Assembly (NCBI RefSeq): GCF_030144855.1 | Contig: NC_082731.1 | Location: forward strand, 21,328,001-21,392,000 | DNA: 64,000 nt | DNA from: Hypanus sabinus | Lineage: Eukaryota | Direction: 5' to 3' | In this document: positions 1 through 13,819 of the stretch, in pieces | Layout of the letters: every line of letters starts with the position of its first letter | Position numbering within the stretch: the first letter of the stretch is position 1 | The notes under the pieces: generated by a model | What the model saw: only the letters and a program-made list of their open reading frames with translations | Database searches by the model: none | What the model was told of the DNA's origin: nothing | Program-made: the position numbers and the translations under genes

Positions 1-349
1 TGCCCCGCCAATACAATGACAGAACAAGCTCCGTCTTCTGTTGTACAACGTCATTGTTATTCCTCTGCGAGGATTCTAGCTGATTAAAGCAGACGGGTAG
101 GGCAGATCCCGAGCCCGCGGGATAGGACACGAAGAACAAATACCATCCAGCAGCAATTCATACTAGGACGGCTTCACAGATAGTCTGAGCAATTGGCAGT
201 GGAGGTGCCTGCAGAAGGAAGAAGCGGAATGGAGACAGACAAGAGGAAAGTGGGAAGGGGGAGGCATGGAGGCGGGCCAAGCGAGAGAGGAAGTTTGGGA
301 AGAAGCAGCACTAATGTGTAATGCTACTGAGTCCTCCGAGAACATGTAA

Positions 350-1810
350 GAACATAAAGCAACAAGACACTGGAGAAGAATTTGGCTAATTGAGTCTGCT
401 GGGTGTACATGGCTGTTGTATATTCATGGCTGTGGAAATCCGCTCCTCAGTCCCAAGTCCTAGTATTCTCCCCGTAATCTTACATGCTACGGCTTATCAA
501 CAACAGATCGTGCTCTGCCTTATATATGCACAACGACCGAGCTTTCACAATGACATGTGGTAATAAAGTCCACAGATTCATCACTGGCTGGCAAAAGAAA
601 AGAAAAATCTCCATCTGCTATAAATTGACGCCCCTCCATGCTGAGACTGTGCGCTATTGTTCTAGACACAACCACCGTCTGCAACATTCTTTCAGCATGT
701 ACGTTGCCAAGGCCTTTCAACATTCAAAAGGCTTTAAATGCCAATGCCACTCTTCCCTCCAAATTACAGCCGTGAAGACCCAGAGATATCAAACGTTCCT
801 CGTATGATAACCACTTTCATTCGCAGAAACACTCTTGTGAAACTTCTCTGAATCCTCATCAATGCCAGCACATATTTTCCCAGATGAGGAAACAAAATGG
901 ATCACAATACTGAACGTGGGACTTTACCCGTGCCTTATAAATCCTCAGCATCATATCGCTGCTCTGGAAATGAATGCTCAAATTTCATTCCGTTCTTTGC
1001 GCTGAATCTGTCCGGAGGGTATCCTTTAGGGTGCTCTCTATAAGAAATTCTAAGTCCCTTTGCATCTCATGTTGTTTTTAATTTTGTTTTTCTCTGTTTA
1101 GAGTATAGTCTGCACAATTATTCCTACAAATGTGCATTTTCAACATTGCATTTCATTCGCTTCTCTCTAGTCCAATGTTGTAACCCGTTTAGGTCCTTCG
1201 GCAACTACACTGTATCGTTAATACTCTCTGTCTCCAGCACCCAACTTCATAGCAGCTGCAAACGTTGCCAAAAAGCCATCTATTCCATCCTGTAAATCTT
1301 CCATATGCAACATCAAACGAAACGGTCCCAGCAGCGATCCTTGCGAAACGAACCTATTCTCAGGCAGCAAAGCAGTAAAAGCCCATTTTATATAAATTTC
1401 CTGCCTGCTACCAATCGGCCAACGCGGTAATTATTCCTGTAATGCCATGGGCTCTTAATCCGGTAAACTGCCTCATGCTTGCCACCTGATCAGCGGCCTT
1501 CTGAAATCCGAAATATACAACATCTTCTGCACGCCACCCCCACCGCGCCACCTAATACACCTTAGTTATAATCTCCACAAACTTTCTAGCAGTTTCATCA
1601 GAATCTATTTTCCCTTAAGGAAACCATGTTGACTTTGTCCTCTGTTCCCTTGTGTCGCCAAGTACTCTATAACCTCATCCTTAATAATGACTCCGACATC
1701 TTCCCAACCACTGAGGTCAGCTGAACTGCTCTGTAATCTCTTTTCTACTGTCTTCCTACATTCGTAAAGACTGGACTTCCATTTGCAATTACCAGTCATC
1801 TGTCACCATG
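350..1810 (-). mobile_element. CR1-clade LINE fragment (RT and 3' end), decayed
   Basis: Minus-strand ORF remnant with KDEVIEYL...SQHGFLKGK; CR1-type 3' tail near 340-400. Confidence 0.75.
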
Positions 1811-1844
1811 CCATGCAATGATTTTTTGAGAGATCTTTACTAAG

Positions 1845-2990
1845 TAAGACATTTGACAAGGTTCCACACGCTAGGCTTATTCAGAAAGTCAGAGGGCATG
1901 GGATCCAGGGACGTTTGGCCAGGTTGATTCATAATTGGCTTGCCTGCAGAAGGCAGAGGGAAGTGGTGGAGGGAGTACATTCAGATTGGAGGGTTGTGAC
2001 TAGTGGTGTCCCACAAGGATCTATTCATTGACCTCTACTTTTTGTGATTTTTATTAACGACCTGCATATGGGGGTAGAAGGATGGGTTGGCAAGTTTGCA
2101 GACTACACAAAGGTTGGTGGTGTTGTAGAGTGTGTTGAGGTTTGTCGAAGATTGCAAAGAGATATTGATACAATGCAGAGGTGGGCTGAGAAGTGGCAGA
2201 TGGAGTTCAACCGGGAGAAGTGTGAGGTGATACACTTTGGAAGGACAAACTCCAAGGCAAAGTACAAAGTAAATGGCAGGATAATTGGAAGTGTGGAGAG
2301 CAGCGGGATCTAGGGGTACATGTCAACAGATCCCTGACAGTTGTCTCACAGGTAGATAGTGTAGTTAAGAAAGCTTATAGGATGTTAGCTTTCATAAGTC
2401 GAGGGATAGAGTTTAAGAGACGCAAAAAAAACTGATGCAGCTCTATAAAACTCTAGTTAGGACAGACTTGGAGTATTGTGTCCAGTTCTGGTCCCCTCAC
2501 TATAGGAAGGATGTGGAACCATTGGAAAGGGTACAGAGGCGATTTAACCGGATGCTGCCAGGTTTAGAGAGTATGGCTTATGATCACAGATTAAGGGAGC
2601 TACGGCTTTACTCTTTGGAGAGAAGAAGGATGAGAGGACACATGACAGAGATGTACAAGATATTAAGAGGAATAGACAGAGTGGACAGACAGCGCCTCTT
2701 CCCCAGGGCATCACCGCTCAGTACAAGAGAACGTGGCTTTAAATTAAGGGGAGGGAAGTTCAAGGGGGATATTAGAGGAAGGTTTTTCACTCAGACAGTG
2801 TTTGGTGCATGGACTGCACTGCCTCAGTCAGTGGTGGAGGCAGATACACTAGAGAAATTTAAGAGACTACCAAACAGGAACATGGAGGAATTTAAGGTGG
2901 GGGAGGGTTATATCGGAGGCAGTGTTTGAGGGTCGACAACACATTATGGGCCGAAGGGCCTGTAATGTTCTGTGTTCTATGTTCTAATGC
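1845..2990 (+). mobile_element. CR1 LINE, 5'-truncated RT and 3' UTR
   Basis: ORFs 2044-2313 (FINDL, KFADYTK) and 2435-2929 (LEYCVQFWSPHYRKD...FFTQ); 3' tail TTCTGTGTTCTATGTTCTA. Confidence 0.9.
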
Positions 2991-5530
2991 TTCCAGAAGC
3001 TCAGCCACTACCTCTTTCAGAAACCTGGGGTGCTGTTCCTCCTGCCACGGTGACTTTCGTCCCTTAAATCTTTCAGCATTTTGAAAACGTTTTCCCTTGT
3101 AATAGTAAATACTCTGACTAATCTGCCCAACACCCGTAAGCATACTGGTGGTTTCTTCCACAGTGAAGACTGATAAAATATACATATCTGCCATCTCCTT
3201 GTCCTCCGTTATGATTTATCTGTCCTCAATTTGTGGGGGTTCCATATACAACTTCAACTGTCATTTTTTTAAACAGGTATGATGAAGGTTTTACTGTTCT
3301 GATATTGTTTGCCAACATGCTTTCATGTTTATTCTTTACACTCATAACGATTTTTTATTTGCTGTCTGTAGAGTTTGAAAACGCCTCTCAATACTCTGCT
3401 AACCTATTGTATCTTCGTTGTCGGCCCTTTTTTTCGCCTTTTCCATTAGCTATGACTTCCCTTGTCAGCCCTGGCTGTATTATTTTGCCCTTTGTGCACT
3501 TCTTTGTATGAGGAATACATCTATCCTCCAGCTCTCTTATATTTCACGCCATTGATGACTTTTCTGTCATCCTTGCCAGCATCTACTTCCAAATTTCTTT
3601 GGCCAACTCTCCCTCATACCACTCTAATTCCGTGTACTCCACTGATCTACTGCTGTATCAGACATTACCATTTCCCTCTCAAATTCCAAGCTGAACTCAA
3701 ACATACTGTCAGCGCGGCCTCCTAAGGGATTTTCCTTTAAATTTCAGCTGGATAATTAGCTACTGTTCATAGCACAACACCCAGTCCAGTATAACTGATT
3801 CCCTAGTAAGTGTAACGATAAACTGTTGTAAAAAGCCATCTCGTAGGCACTCAAATTATCATTCTCTTCAGATCGATTTACATCTCTTCTTCCCAATCTA
3901 CCTACATGATGAAATCTCCCTTTTGTCACGTCCGTCCTGTTTTCTGTTGTAATGTGTGTTCCACATCCCAGTTACTGCTTGGTGGCCTGTATATAATGGC
4001 GGTCAATGTCGTTTTCGGTAACTTAACGCAAAGGTTTCAACTCTTTTTGATCCATTCTCGCTCTTTCTGCTGAATTGATGGCTTCCTTTTCCAGAAGAGC
4101 CTTGCCATCTGCGGACTCCTTACCTCTGAGAAAACATCCAACATTAATCATTTATCATGCATCTACAACCATCGTTCAGCAACGATTCAATGATGGTCAA
4201 AACATCATACCTGACGATATTTAATTCTGCAAAAAGACAATCCAACTATTATTTTTATATATACTATTGGTAATCACACTTTGACTACAGCATTTGCTGC
4301 TCTGTTTGGATATTGCATCCCTTCTGATGCTTATGCAGCTGGATGGAATTATAGCCCATCATCTGCTTGCCTTTACTGGCATTCTGACTGCAGGGTATAG
4401 TCATGTATTTTTATATACATCTGTCCTATCCTGAGAGTCTTCCTTCCACTTGCCACGCAATGTCAAATTAATTGAAACTCTCCCCTCAGCACTTTCACAC
4501 CTGCTATTTCGCGGGCAGGTGCAACACTGAACATAACATTCCCAGCAGATATCTCAGAAATCCAGCGAGCTGAATGTCTACCCTTGCATTGGTTTTTCTG
4601 TCACGCAATTAATCCTCTTTCTACTTTCACTGGCGCATGGCACAGGCAGCAGTCCAGTCATTACTTCTTTGACTTCTACCAAGCTTTCGAAATTCTTAAT
4701 TCAAGAGACATTTTCATTTCTTTCTTTTGTCAACATGTATCAAGATATCTGACTGCTCTCCCACCCTCTCCAACATATATTGCACTCGATCCGAGACGTT
4801 CCTGAACCTAGCTCCTGGGAGGAGTGCACCATTCGTATACAGGATCTCCTGTCGATTCCCCTGACAATTAACTCCTCTTGGAGTGAGCTCCCAACATTAC
4901 CTTCTTCACCTTCTGTCCCATGGATCAAAGTTCAGTGACAATAAACTGGTCTCCGTGGCATTCCCTGGGTGCTCATACCCCACAACAGTATCCAAAGAAG
5001 GTATCCTTATTATTGAGGAGAATGGTCACAGTAGTGGTCTGCGCTAACTGTCTGTTCGTCTTCCCATTTCTGCTAAAGTCACCCAGCGACTCGCCTCTTT
5101 CGACTCCGGGGTGACAACATCACTGTAACTCTGATCGATTGCATCCTCACTCCAATGTCAGGCTGAATGTAATTCAGGTGCTGCGCCAGATCCTCAACCC
5201 GGTTTTCAGCAAGCTGCAACCGGTGCTATTCACGCAAATTTTTTTCCCTGGGAGATTCTGAGTCTCCAAGGACGACAGCATTCGTCATGAGGAACAGACA
5301 ACGGTGATTTACTGCACTTGGCACAGTCAGAGAAGGACAAAAAAATGATTAACAAAAACTTACCCAGAGCCAACGCCTCTTTCGAGCTAAAGGCTCCATT
5401 GAGCCAAGCCCTGACGCTCCTATATTTACCACTGCCCATCGCCAAAGAACGGCCGCTCCTTCTTTGGTCCTCCCGTTTGCACTTCTGTGTTCTAAACAAG
5501 CGTAGCCGAGCAGCTAAGAACTGCATCGCT
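2990..5530 (-). mobile_element. CR1 LINE, decayed endonuclease, ORF1 and 5' portion
   Basis: Continuous degenerate similarity to the better preserved CR1 copies at 9-11 kb and 53.6-57.2 kb. Confidence 0.65.
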
Positions 5531-5589
5531 GTGGCATGCTACTTCTGCTGATTGGGCTGTAGGAATGAAGCTGACCGCCCGAGAAGGTC

Positions 5590-5708
5590 TATTATTAAGG
5601 AGGAATTTAAGGTGGGGTGTTATATAGGAGGCAGAGTTTATGGGTCGGCTGCGCATTGTGGGCCGAAGGGCCTGTAGTGTGCTGTACTATTCTATGTTCT
5701 ATGTTCTT
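5590..5708 (+). mobile_element. CR1 3' terminal fragment
   Basis: Close match to the 3' end at 2885-2990 (GAGGAATTTAAGGTGGGG...GGGCCGAAGGGCCTGT...TTCTATGTTCT). Confidence 0.8.
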
Positions 5709-5929
5709 AACAAGAGACGCCCAACTGCGAGAAACCTTGTCCTTATGCTCTACTCTTTGCGATCATTGTGCCTTCGGACAGCGAGTAAGGTGTAAATTCC
5801 CCGTTTTGTTTCTAGAATCCCCGTATATGTTGTAATTGAACATTCAGTAGTTTTCTACAGCTGAGTGCAGCGTGGAGCGGCGATATTGTAAGAAGAGGAT
5901 TTCGCACGCTTCCAGACAGAAGGTTTCCG

Positions 5930-6170
5930 AATATAGTTCCACAATAGGCTATTTCGCTCTTCTCAGCGGCAAGACCTGCTGGATTGGTAAGAGGAAATGC
6001 AAGCTGTCTCAATTTCACTTCTCCGTGGTTAGTCCTATTCCAGAACTGGTGCTGCAATGTCTCCCTCTCTCCCTTGGTATGGAGTGTCATCCCCTCCCCC
6101 CAGCCCAACACCAGCGCCTTTGCAGAAGCTGAGGTTTGCAGCTCTGAATCGGTCAAAAAACTAACACAGA
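5930..6170 (-). pseudogene. Internally deleted TCR V relic
   Basis: Part of ORF 5812-6210: CVS..DSELQTSAS..GEGMTLH..QFWNRTNHGE..FPLTNPAGLAAEKSEIAYCG. These FR1, FR2 and FR3-like blocks are in the correct order. First Cys lost, ~18 codons short, RSS not convincing. Confidence 0.4.
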
Positions 6171-7419
6171 TTGCAGCGGCCATTTCACAGAACCATCTGT
6201 GTTTTGCCACCTCCTCACCAGCCTGTGTTCATTTACCTTCACACAGGGACATTATTTCATTAACTCTGATTCTTGGTCACGGCGAGACACAGGAACCAAA
6301 TCACAACATGCGTTACACATCAGAGAGTCAGCGTCGGATCATCACTGCCACGCTGATATCAATGCGCATTTCTAATTTAAAAGTTTTAAACCTAGTGAAA
6401 GAAAAACAATTCCATGAAGACCCATTCTATCGGATACGTTTGAATATGAGAAAATGGGTTCATTTTCATTGCGAACGTTCCTTCCGGATTGTTCCGGATC
6501 TGCATTTACTATGGAGAGTGATGTCAATATTCGGATGCTTAGCCAATTAAAAGAGTCATCTTGCCGGGACACGAAACTAGATGTATTCTTGGATATGTAA
6601 AAACGGAAAAAAAAGTAAAATTCTACTTCGTCCCTTGTCAGATATATCTTACGACATTAAAGTACAGAAAGAGTGAATTGACTGTTCAGTTCCATGAAAG
6701 GGCTAGTTTCAGCTCGCGTGGGCTGATGAGGGCTGCTTCCTTGGGCTATAGCTGCGAAGTCAAAAAGCAGACCGAATGGATGAGTGCACATTTACAAGAC
6801 AGGAAGGATGGATGGAGCAGGTTTCCCTGGTGGCACTCTGTCAAAAAGAATTACTACCGCCAGATGAAATGTCAGCTTTTCAAAGTTCAAATAAATCTAT
6901 TATAAAATTATTTATATTAAAGACCGCTTCGGAGTCTTTAGATTTACTTTAGATGATTGTCATCTTGATGAAGTTAAAACTTGCTTTGTTTACCAGTTTG
7001 ATGAAAAAAATGTTGGGGAAAGAATGTATCAGTTGAATCGCTGTTTGTATAACAGATGAGCAGTGGGATTAAGAAGATGTCGTGAAATTGTCGGACAGAT
7101 TGACTAATAAAGATCAAGAGATACAGAGACCGTTAAAAAAAAAGATTATATTAAAAAAAAACAGAGCACTGAACTCCGCTGCGAGTCGAACCTGAAATAT
7201 ATTTTTAAAAATCGGAATAGGAATCAGAGTCAACTTTAAAATCACTGGAATCTGTTACAGAAAGGGTTGTTTTCCGGAAGCAGTACACAATAAAAGCATA
7301 AAAATTAAAAGAAGAAATGTGTTTAAAATTTAAAATAAAAAAAATATTGGAAAAAAGAGAGGGAAAATAAACCCATATAGAGGAAATCCTGAAGGCTGTT
7401 TCATTGTACATTCATACAT

Positions 7420-8330
7420 TTAATTGTAGTAGAGAAAGCTGTTCCTTAAGTGTTCATGGTTTTGTAATTCCTCGCTTGCGGTGGTAAAGAGAAGAAGATA
7501 TTTCCTGGGTGATCATGTCCTTCATGATGGATGCCTCGTTTTTGAGGCATCGTCTTTTCACGATGTCATCTATGCTGGCTCGGAGAATCATCAGGATGGG
7601 ACTGGCTCATTCCTCAAAGTTCTGCAGTATTTTATTATCCTGTGCGGTCGCTTCTCTATACTAGATGGGATTGCAACTAGTGAGAATGTTTCTTAAAGTG
7701 TATCTATAGAAATTCTCTGGAGTCTTTGGTGTCCGATCAGTTCCTTTCAAACTCCTGATGAAATATAGCTGCGGTCTATACTGCATTGTAATTGCATCAA
7801 ATGGTCGGACGCAGGATAGATCGAATATCTATCAGAATAGCAACATCCTTCTGAACACCCTCCATCACCCAGGCGCATATGAGTGATACAGATTTATACA
7901 TAGTCTCTCAAACTTAGTAGACCGTCTGAATATAGGAGAGCAATTTGAGCCACAATCCAGATGGATAAGTGAAAGACACTGAGTCACTGTACGTACCTCG
8001 CCAATTGGATCTTCGACCTCACAAACGGAAGACCACAATCGGTGCGGATTGATTACAATATATCCTGATAAGTGATGTTCAAACCTCAGGACACTTTCGA
8101 GAACCGTTGTCTCAAAAAGGTAGAATCTATTATTATGGACCTCCAGGACTCAAAGAATCTCGTTTTGCCACTGTTATTATAAGGTAAGAAGCACAGAAGC
8201 CTCAAGGCTCAGCCTCAGCGATTTGGGAGCAACATATTCCCCTCTGCCTGATGATTCCTCAATGGACATTAGAACCATGAAGACTAGCTCATTTTAATAC
8301 ATCTAGATTTGCACAATTTCAATCTATTTA
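7420..8330. mobile_element. Rex1/Babar LINE fragments, decayed, mixed orientation
   Basis: Degenerate similarity to the 3' half of the Rex1-type copy at 22.9-25.0 kb. Confidence 0.5.
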
Positions 8331-8999
8331 GTAAACGTATACCGTAAATGACATATTTATTCATTACTTCTAATTCTATCTTATGCACTTACTTATTTTT
8401 TCTTCCACTTTTATATTATATATTGGTTCTTAAGATTGCCATATATGTTAATGATACTAGAGCTAAGCTCCCACTACCAATATAGTGCTCAAATTCGTGC
8501 TTCACTGACAACCTCTGACGACCCAAGTCCAACTCTCGGTCCTTACATGTGGCTCAGCTAAAGGCCTGGCGAACCTGTTTTAACTGACAAAGGATGTGAC
8601 AATGGCGGACAACTGGCGGTTCAAAACCAATTGCTTCAGGCAGGTGAGCCTCCTCAGCCTTGGAATGCAGCTTGTTAAGAGATGAACTCCTCCGATGCCT
8701 TGAACCCGAACGCAACTATTGGAAAGGTTTTGGCTGTAGAACCCGAAGAGGAAATCCAATTCCGGAGACTATAGACAGTTTGATGGAGTTTACAATTTCA
8801 CTCTAGCACTCTCTACGATGACACTGGTGCCAAGCCGTATCGATGGTTGCCCTTCCCTTGGACAGAATGCGTGTCGTAGAGAGGGGGAGCACGCTGCAAG
8901 AACAAAAGACGGTTCGTAAAATCTTCCCGCCCAGGCTTGCACCCTGGAGAGTATTGCATTGAACTACCACTGCCAAATTTAAAAATTCCGCGACACATA

Positions 9000-11040
9000 C
9001 GACCAGAGGACCATAAGATAAAGGAGCAGTAGTTGGCCATTCGGCCCATCCAGTCTTCTCCGCAATTTCATCATGAGCTGATCCAATCTCCCCTTTAGTC
9101 CCATTTCCCTGCCTTCTCACCATAACCGTTGATGCCCTGACTACTCAGATATCTATCAATCTCTTCCTTAAATACATCTAATGACCGGCCTCCACTGCCG
9201 CCCGTGGCAAAATAATCCAGAGGTTCACCAATTCTCTGGCTGAAAAAACAAAATCGCCTCTCCGTTCTGAATGGACGCCCTGCAATCTTCAAGTTATGTC
9301 CTCTCATACTAGACACCCCACCATGGAAAACAACTTTGCCACAATCACTCTGTCCATGCCTTTCAAAATTCGAAATGTTTATATGAGGTCCCCCCACATT
9401 CTTATAAACTCCGAGGAGTACCGTCCTAGAGCGAACAAACGTTCCTCATATGTTAACCCTCTGATTCACGGAATCAGTCCAGTGAATCTTCTCTGAACGC
9501 TTTCCAACGTCAGCTCTTCCTTTCTGAAATAAGGAGCCCAAAACTGCTCACAGTTTTCCAAGTGTGGTCTCACGAGTGCCTTTTAGAGCCTCAACATCAC
9601 TTCCCTGCTCCTATACTCTATTCCTCTATAAATGAATGCCAACATTGCATTCGCCTTCTTCACCACCGACTCAACCTGGAGGTTAACCTTAAGGGTGTCC
9701 TGCACGAGGACTCCCAAGTCCGGCTGCATCTCAGAACTTTGAATTCTCTCCCTATTTAAATAATAGACTGCCCGTTTATTTCTTCTACCAAAGTGCATGT
9801 CCGTACACATTCCGACATTGTAATTCATATGCTACTTATTTGCCTATTCCCCCAATCTATCCAAGTCTCTCTGCAGACTCTCGGTTTCCTCACCACTACC
9901 GGCCCCTCCACCTACCTTTGTGTATCATCAGCAAACTTAGCCACAAAGCCATCAATTTCATAATTCAAATCGTTGATATACAACGTAAAAAGAAGCGGTC
10001 CTAACACGGTCCCCTGTGGAACAGCACTGGTAACCGGCAGCCAGCCAGAATGGGATCCCTTTATTCCAACTCTCTGTTTCCTGCCAATCAACCAACGTTC
10101 TATCCACGTATGTAACTTTCCTGTAATTCCATGGGCTCTTGTCTTGTTTTGCTGCTTCAAGTGTTTTCACCTTGTCAAAGGGCTTCTGGAAATCAAAATA
10201 CACAACATGCACTACATCTCCCTTGTCTAGCCTACATGTAACTTCCTCAAAAAATGCACTAGGTTTTATCAGGCAGGATTTTCCTTTAATGAAACCATGC
10301 TGAGTTCTGCCTACCTTGTCATATGCCTACAGGTACTCCGTAACCTTATCCTTGACAATCGACTCCAACAACTTCCCAGCCACCGATGTCAAGCTAACAG
10401 GGCTTTAATTTCCTTTATGCTTCTTTGCCCCCCTTCTTCAGTAGTGGAGTGATAATTGCAATCTTCCAGTCCTCCGGAATCAGTCCAGAATCTATCGACT
10501 TTTGAAAGATCATTGCTAATGCCTCCGCAATCTCCACTGTTACTTCCTTCAGAACATGAGGGTGCATTCCATATGTTCCAGGAGATTTATCAACCCTTAG
10601 ACTATTCAGCTTCCTGAGTACTTTTTCTATTGTAATTGTGACTGCGAATATTTCTCTTCCCTGACACCCTTGAATGTATGGTACATTGCTGAAGACTTCG
10701 TCAATGAAGACTGATGCAAAATACTCGTTTATTTCCTCTGCCAACTACTTATCGCTCATTACAATTTCTCCAGCATCATTTCCTATCCGTCCTATATCTG
10801 CTCTCACCTGCCTCTTACACTTTATATACTTGAAAAAAATTTTAGTATCCTCTATGATATTATTTGCTAGCATCCTTTCATTGTTCATTTTTCACTCTTA
10901 ATGACCTTCTTAGTTTCCTTTTGTAAGCTTTTAAAAACTTCCAAATCCTCTGTCCTCTCACAAATTTTGCTTCTTTGTATGCCCTCTGCTTTGCTTTTAC
11001 TGTGACTTTGACTTCTCTTGTCAGCTACGGTTGCATCACA
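9000..11040 (-). mobile_element. CR1 LINE (RT region and 3' UTR)
   Basis: Minus-strand ORF remnants [34 protein letters not shown] and LRVDKSPG; 3' tail at ~9000. Confidence 0.9.
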
Positions 11041-11334
11041 TACCGGTGATAACCAAACTGATTATGATTCTGTTTCAGTTATCAGTGTACATGATATGGT
11101 ATTACTTAAGACCTGTAATTCAAATTGTGTAACATCAACAATTTGATCCAGAAAAGCGGAAGGACGAAGCAGCCAGCAAAACGCACGACCCTGCAAACTT
11201 CCCTGCTAGTGACTATGAGTCTTTTATGTTCCCCGTGACTCCTACTCAATTTCAGTGACGGATTGCATATTGTACAGAAGAATCACAACGTGGCATGGGA
11301 ATTGATCATCCCAGGATCGCAAAAATGTTCTGTC

Positions 11335-11590
11335 ATTTTTGTATGGAAAATCTTTTTCACCCAGAGAGTTGTGGATCTATGGAATGCTCTGCCTCAGAAG
11401 GAAGTGGAGGCCAATTCTCTGGATGCTTTCAAGAAAGAGTTAAATGAAGCTCTTAAAGATTGCAGAGTCAAGGTATAGGGGGGAAGTCAGGAACGTGTTA
11501 CTGATTGTGGATGATCAGCCATCATCACATCGAATGGCGGTTCTGTCTCGAAGGGCCGGATAGCCAACTCCTGCACCTATTGTCTATTGT
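11335..11590 (+). mobile_element. CR1 3' end fragment
   Basis: FFTQRVVDLWNALP...DAFKKEL followed by a CR1 3' UTR. Confidence 0.8.
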
Positions 11591-13110
11591 CTGTTGTCTA
11601 CACCTTATCTAGCTTTGATGACACTTTTAGTGAAATTTGCATCTGTATTCCTAGATCCCTCTGTTCTGCTGCACTTCGCAGTGCACCACCATTTACCTTT
11701 TATGTTCTACCTTGCTTTTCGCTTCCAAAGTGCAATACTTCACAATACCTGCCTCACCATCCACTACACCTCCAATTTTTATGTCAGCAGCAAATTTGCA
11801 GATCCAATTTACCCCATTATCATCCAGATCATTGATATAGATGACAAATATGCATCATCCAGCACAGATCCCAGAACAGAACCCTGTGGCACACCACTAG
11901 TCACCGGCCTCCAATCAGAGAAGCAATCCTCCACGACCACTCTCTGCCTTCTCCGATTGAGCAAATGTCTAATCCAATTCACTACGTCACCATGTATACC
12001 TAGCGACTGAATCTTCCTAACTAATCTTCCATGCGGGCCCTTGTCAAAGGCCTTTCAGAAGTCTATGTTGACTACATACACTGCAAACCCTTCATTCACT
12101 TTCCTGATAACCTCCTTGATAAACTAATATATTTTGTTAAACACGACCTACGACGCACCAAGCCGTGTTGACTCTCCCTAATAAAGGGACTTACCCATCC
12201 AAATACGTGCACATCCTATGTCTTAGTATTCCTTCCAATAATTTAACTACTACTGACGTCGAAAGTACGGGCCTATAATCGCCCGGATTACTTTCAGAGC
12301 CCTTTTAAAAAATAATCCCTTTTTACAATCCTCCGGCACCTCAAACCTAGACACCGACATTTTAATTATATCTCCCAGGGCTACGGCAAATTCAAGGCCC
12401 AATTGAATACCCAGTCAGCTCCTGGGGATTTATCTACTCTGATTTGTCTCAAGGTAGCAAGCACCTCCTCCTCTTCAATCTGTATAGGTTCCATGACCCC
12501 TGTAGTTTTTTGCCTTATTTCCATTGGCTCCATGCCACTTTCCTTAGTAAATGCAGACACATAAAAATGACTTTTAGGATCACCCACTTATCTCCCACAT
12601 TTATTTTGGTTCCATACAGAGCTGACCACTCTGATCTTCAAGAGGACCAATCTTTTCCCTTACTCTCTTTTTGCTCTTAATATACCTGTCGAGTTCTTTG
12701 GATTATCCTTCCCGCTGACTGCCAGAGCAACCTCATGTCTTCTTTTAGCCCTTCTGATTTCTTTCTTAATTATTTTTGCACTTTTATATCTTTCAAGCAC
12801 CTTATTTGCTGCCTGTTTCCGATCCATGTTATACATCTCTCTGTTCTTCTTTATCTGAGTTACAATATCCCTAGAGAGCCAAAGTTCCTTATTCTTATAC
12901 AGTTTGCCTTTTAACCTGACAGGAACATACAGATACTGCACTCTCTGTAATTCTCCTTTGAAGACCTCCCACTTACCGATGACATCCTTTCCAGAGAATC
13001 ACATGTCTGAATCCACGTTTTTTAGATCCTTTCTCATTTCTTCAAACATGGCTTTTTTTTTCCAGTTCAGAACTTCAACCCGAAGACCAGATCTATTTTT
13101 AACCATGATA
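11590..13110 (-). mobile_element. CR1 LINE RT fragment
   Basis: Minus-strand remnants EEEVLATLRQIRVDKSPG and KKEIRRAKRRHE; VPQGSVLG motif region. Confidence 0.85.
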
Positions 13111-13523
13111 GTGAAACTACTATTATTTTGATATAGTGCTTTTGGGGGGTTTGGTCTAAGGACCATGGGAGCACACGCAATTTTTGATGATTTAAATTAA
13201 GATTCTGAAAGTAGAACTTTTATTAAATTGGAGACGGGTGTCGGGCATGTTGTTATCTAGATAGTGCAGTGATATTTATAGAACCAGAGCAATGTCATGT
13301 CCTTTCAAATAGCTTCGCTGTGAGGGAACTTGTGATATGTGTGCAATGAAAATGGATGCCAGAGTTACCAGGCGTCGTTAACGTACCATGCCTTGTTTTT
13401 CGTGATGATCCTCAGATCTGAAATTGTCAGATTAGAGAACAGAGATGTAACAGATGTCTGTCAATCATCCTACAAATTGGTCCGCACACTTTCTGAGCAC
13501 ATCGGGGGCATTTTTCTCCGCAG

Positions 13524-13800
13524 GTTTGCTGTTGGTGATTCACATTGGAAACAGATCAGTGACTGCTTTAAGAACATGTTGCCAACTGACATAAATTGGT
13601 CACGTCTTATACACAAATAAAAACAGGCGAAAGAAGAAGGGAAGATAAAATATGGAACACTGGGGTACAATGACGTCATAGTGGAAGCAGCACAGAAGTG
13701 TTCGAGGGAAACGGAATATGTTGGGAAGAATGTACATGGTGGTCGAAAAAGACAATAAGAACGCATCGTTCAAATTAACTCAGCTTAAGAAGACAAAGTA
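13524..13800 (+). pseudogene. Decayed V relic, 3'-truncated
   Basis: Acceptor TTTTTCTCCGCAG, FAVGDS start, FR3-like GRMYMVVEKDNKNASFKLTQLKKTK*. Leader-like YHALFFVMILRS lies ~110 nt upstream. Frameshifts; no YYC or RSS. Confidence 0.45.
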
Positions 13801-13819
13801 AATATCGGAAGTGGGTGGT

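Noticed and set aside
5861-5986. Plus-strand exon-like segment (TTTTCTACAG...GTAAG) encoding STIGYFALLSGKT, faintly like a TCR-beta transmembrane exon
   Set aside because: No hydrophobic helix of adequate length and no constant-domain exon nearby; it also overlaps a minus-strand V-like relic.
6517-6526. AGTGATGTCA, matching the mammalian TCR V-beta promoter decamer
   Set aside because: No leader exon or V exon follows on that strand, so it is probably a chance match.
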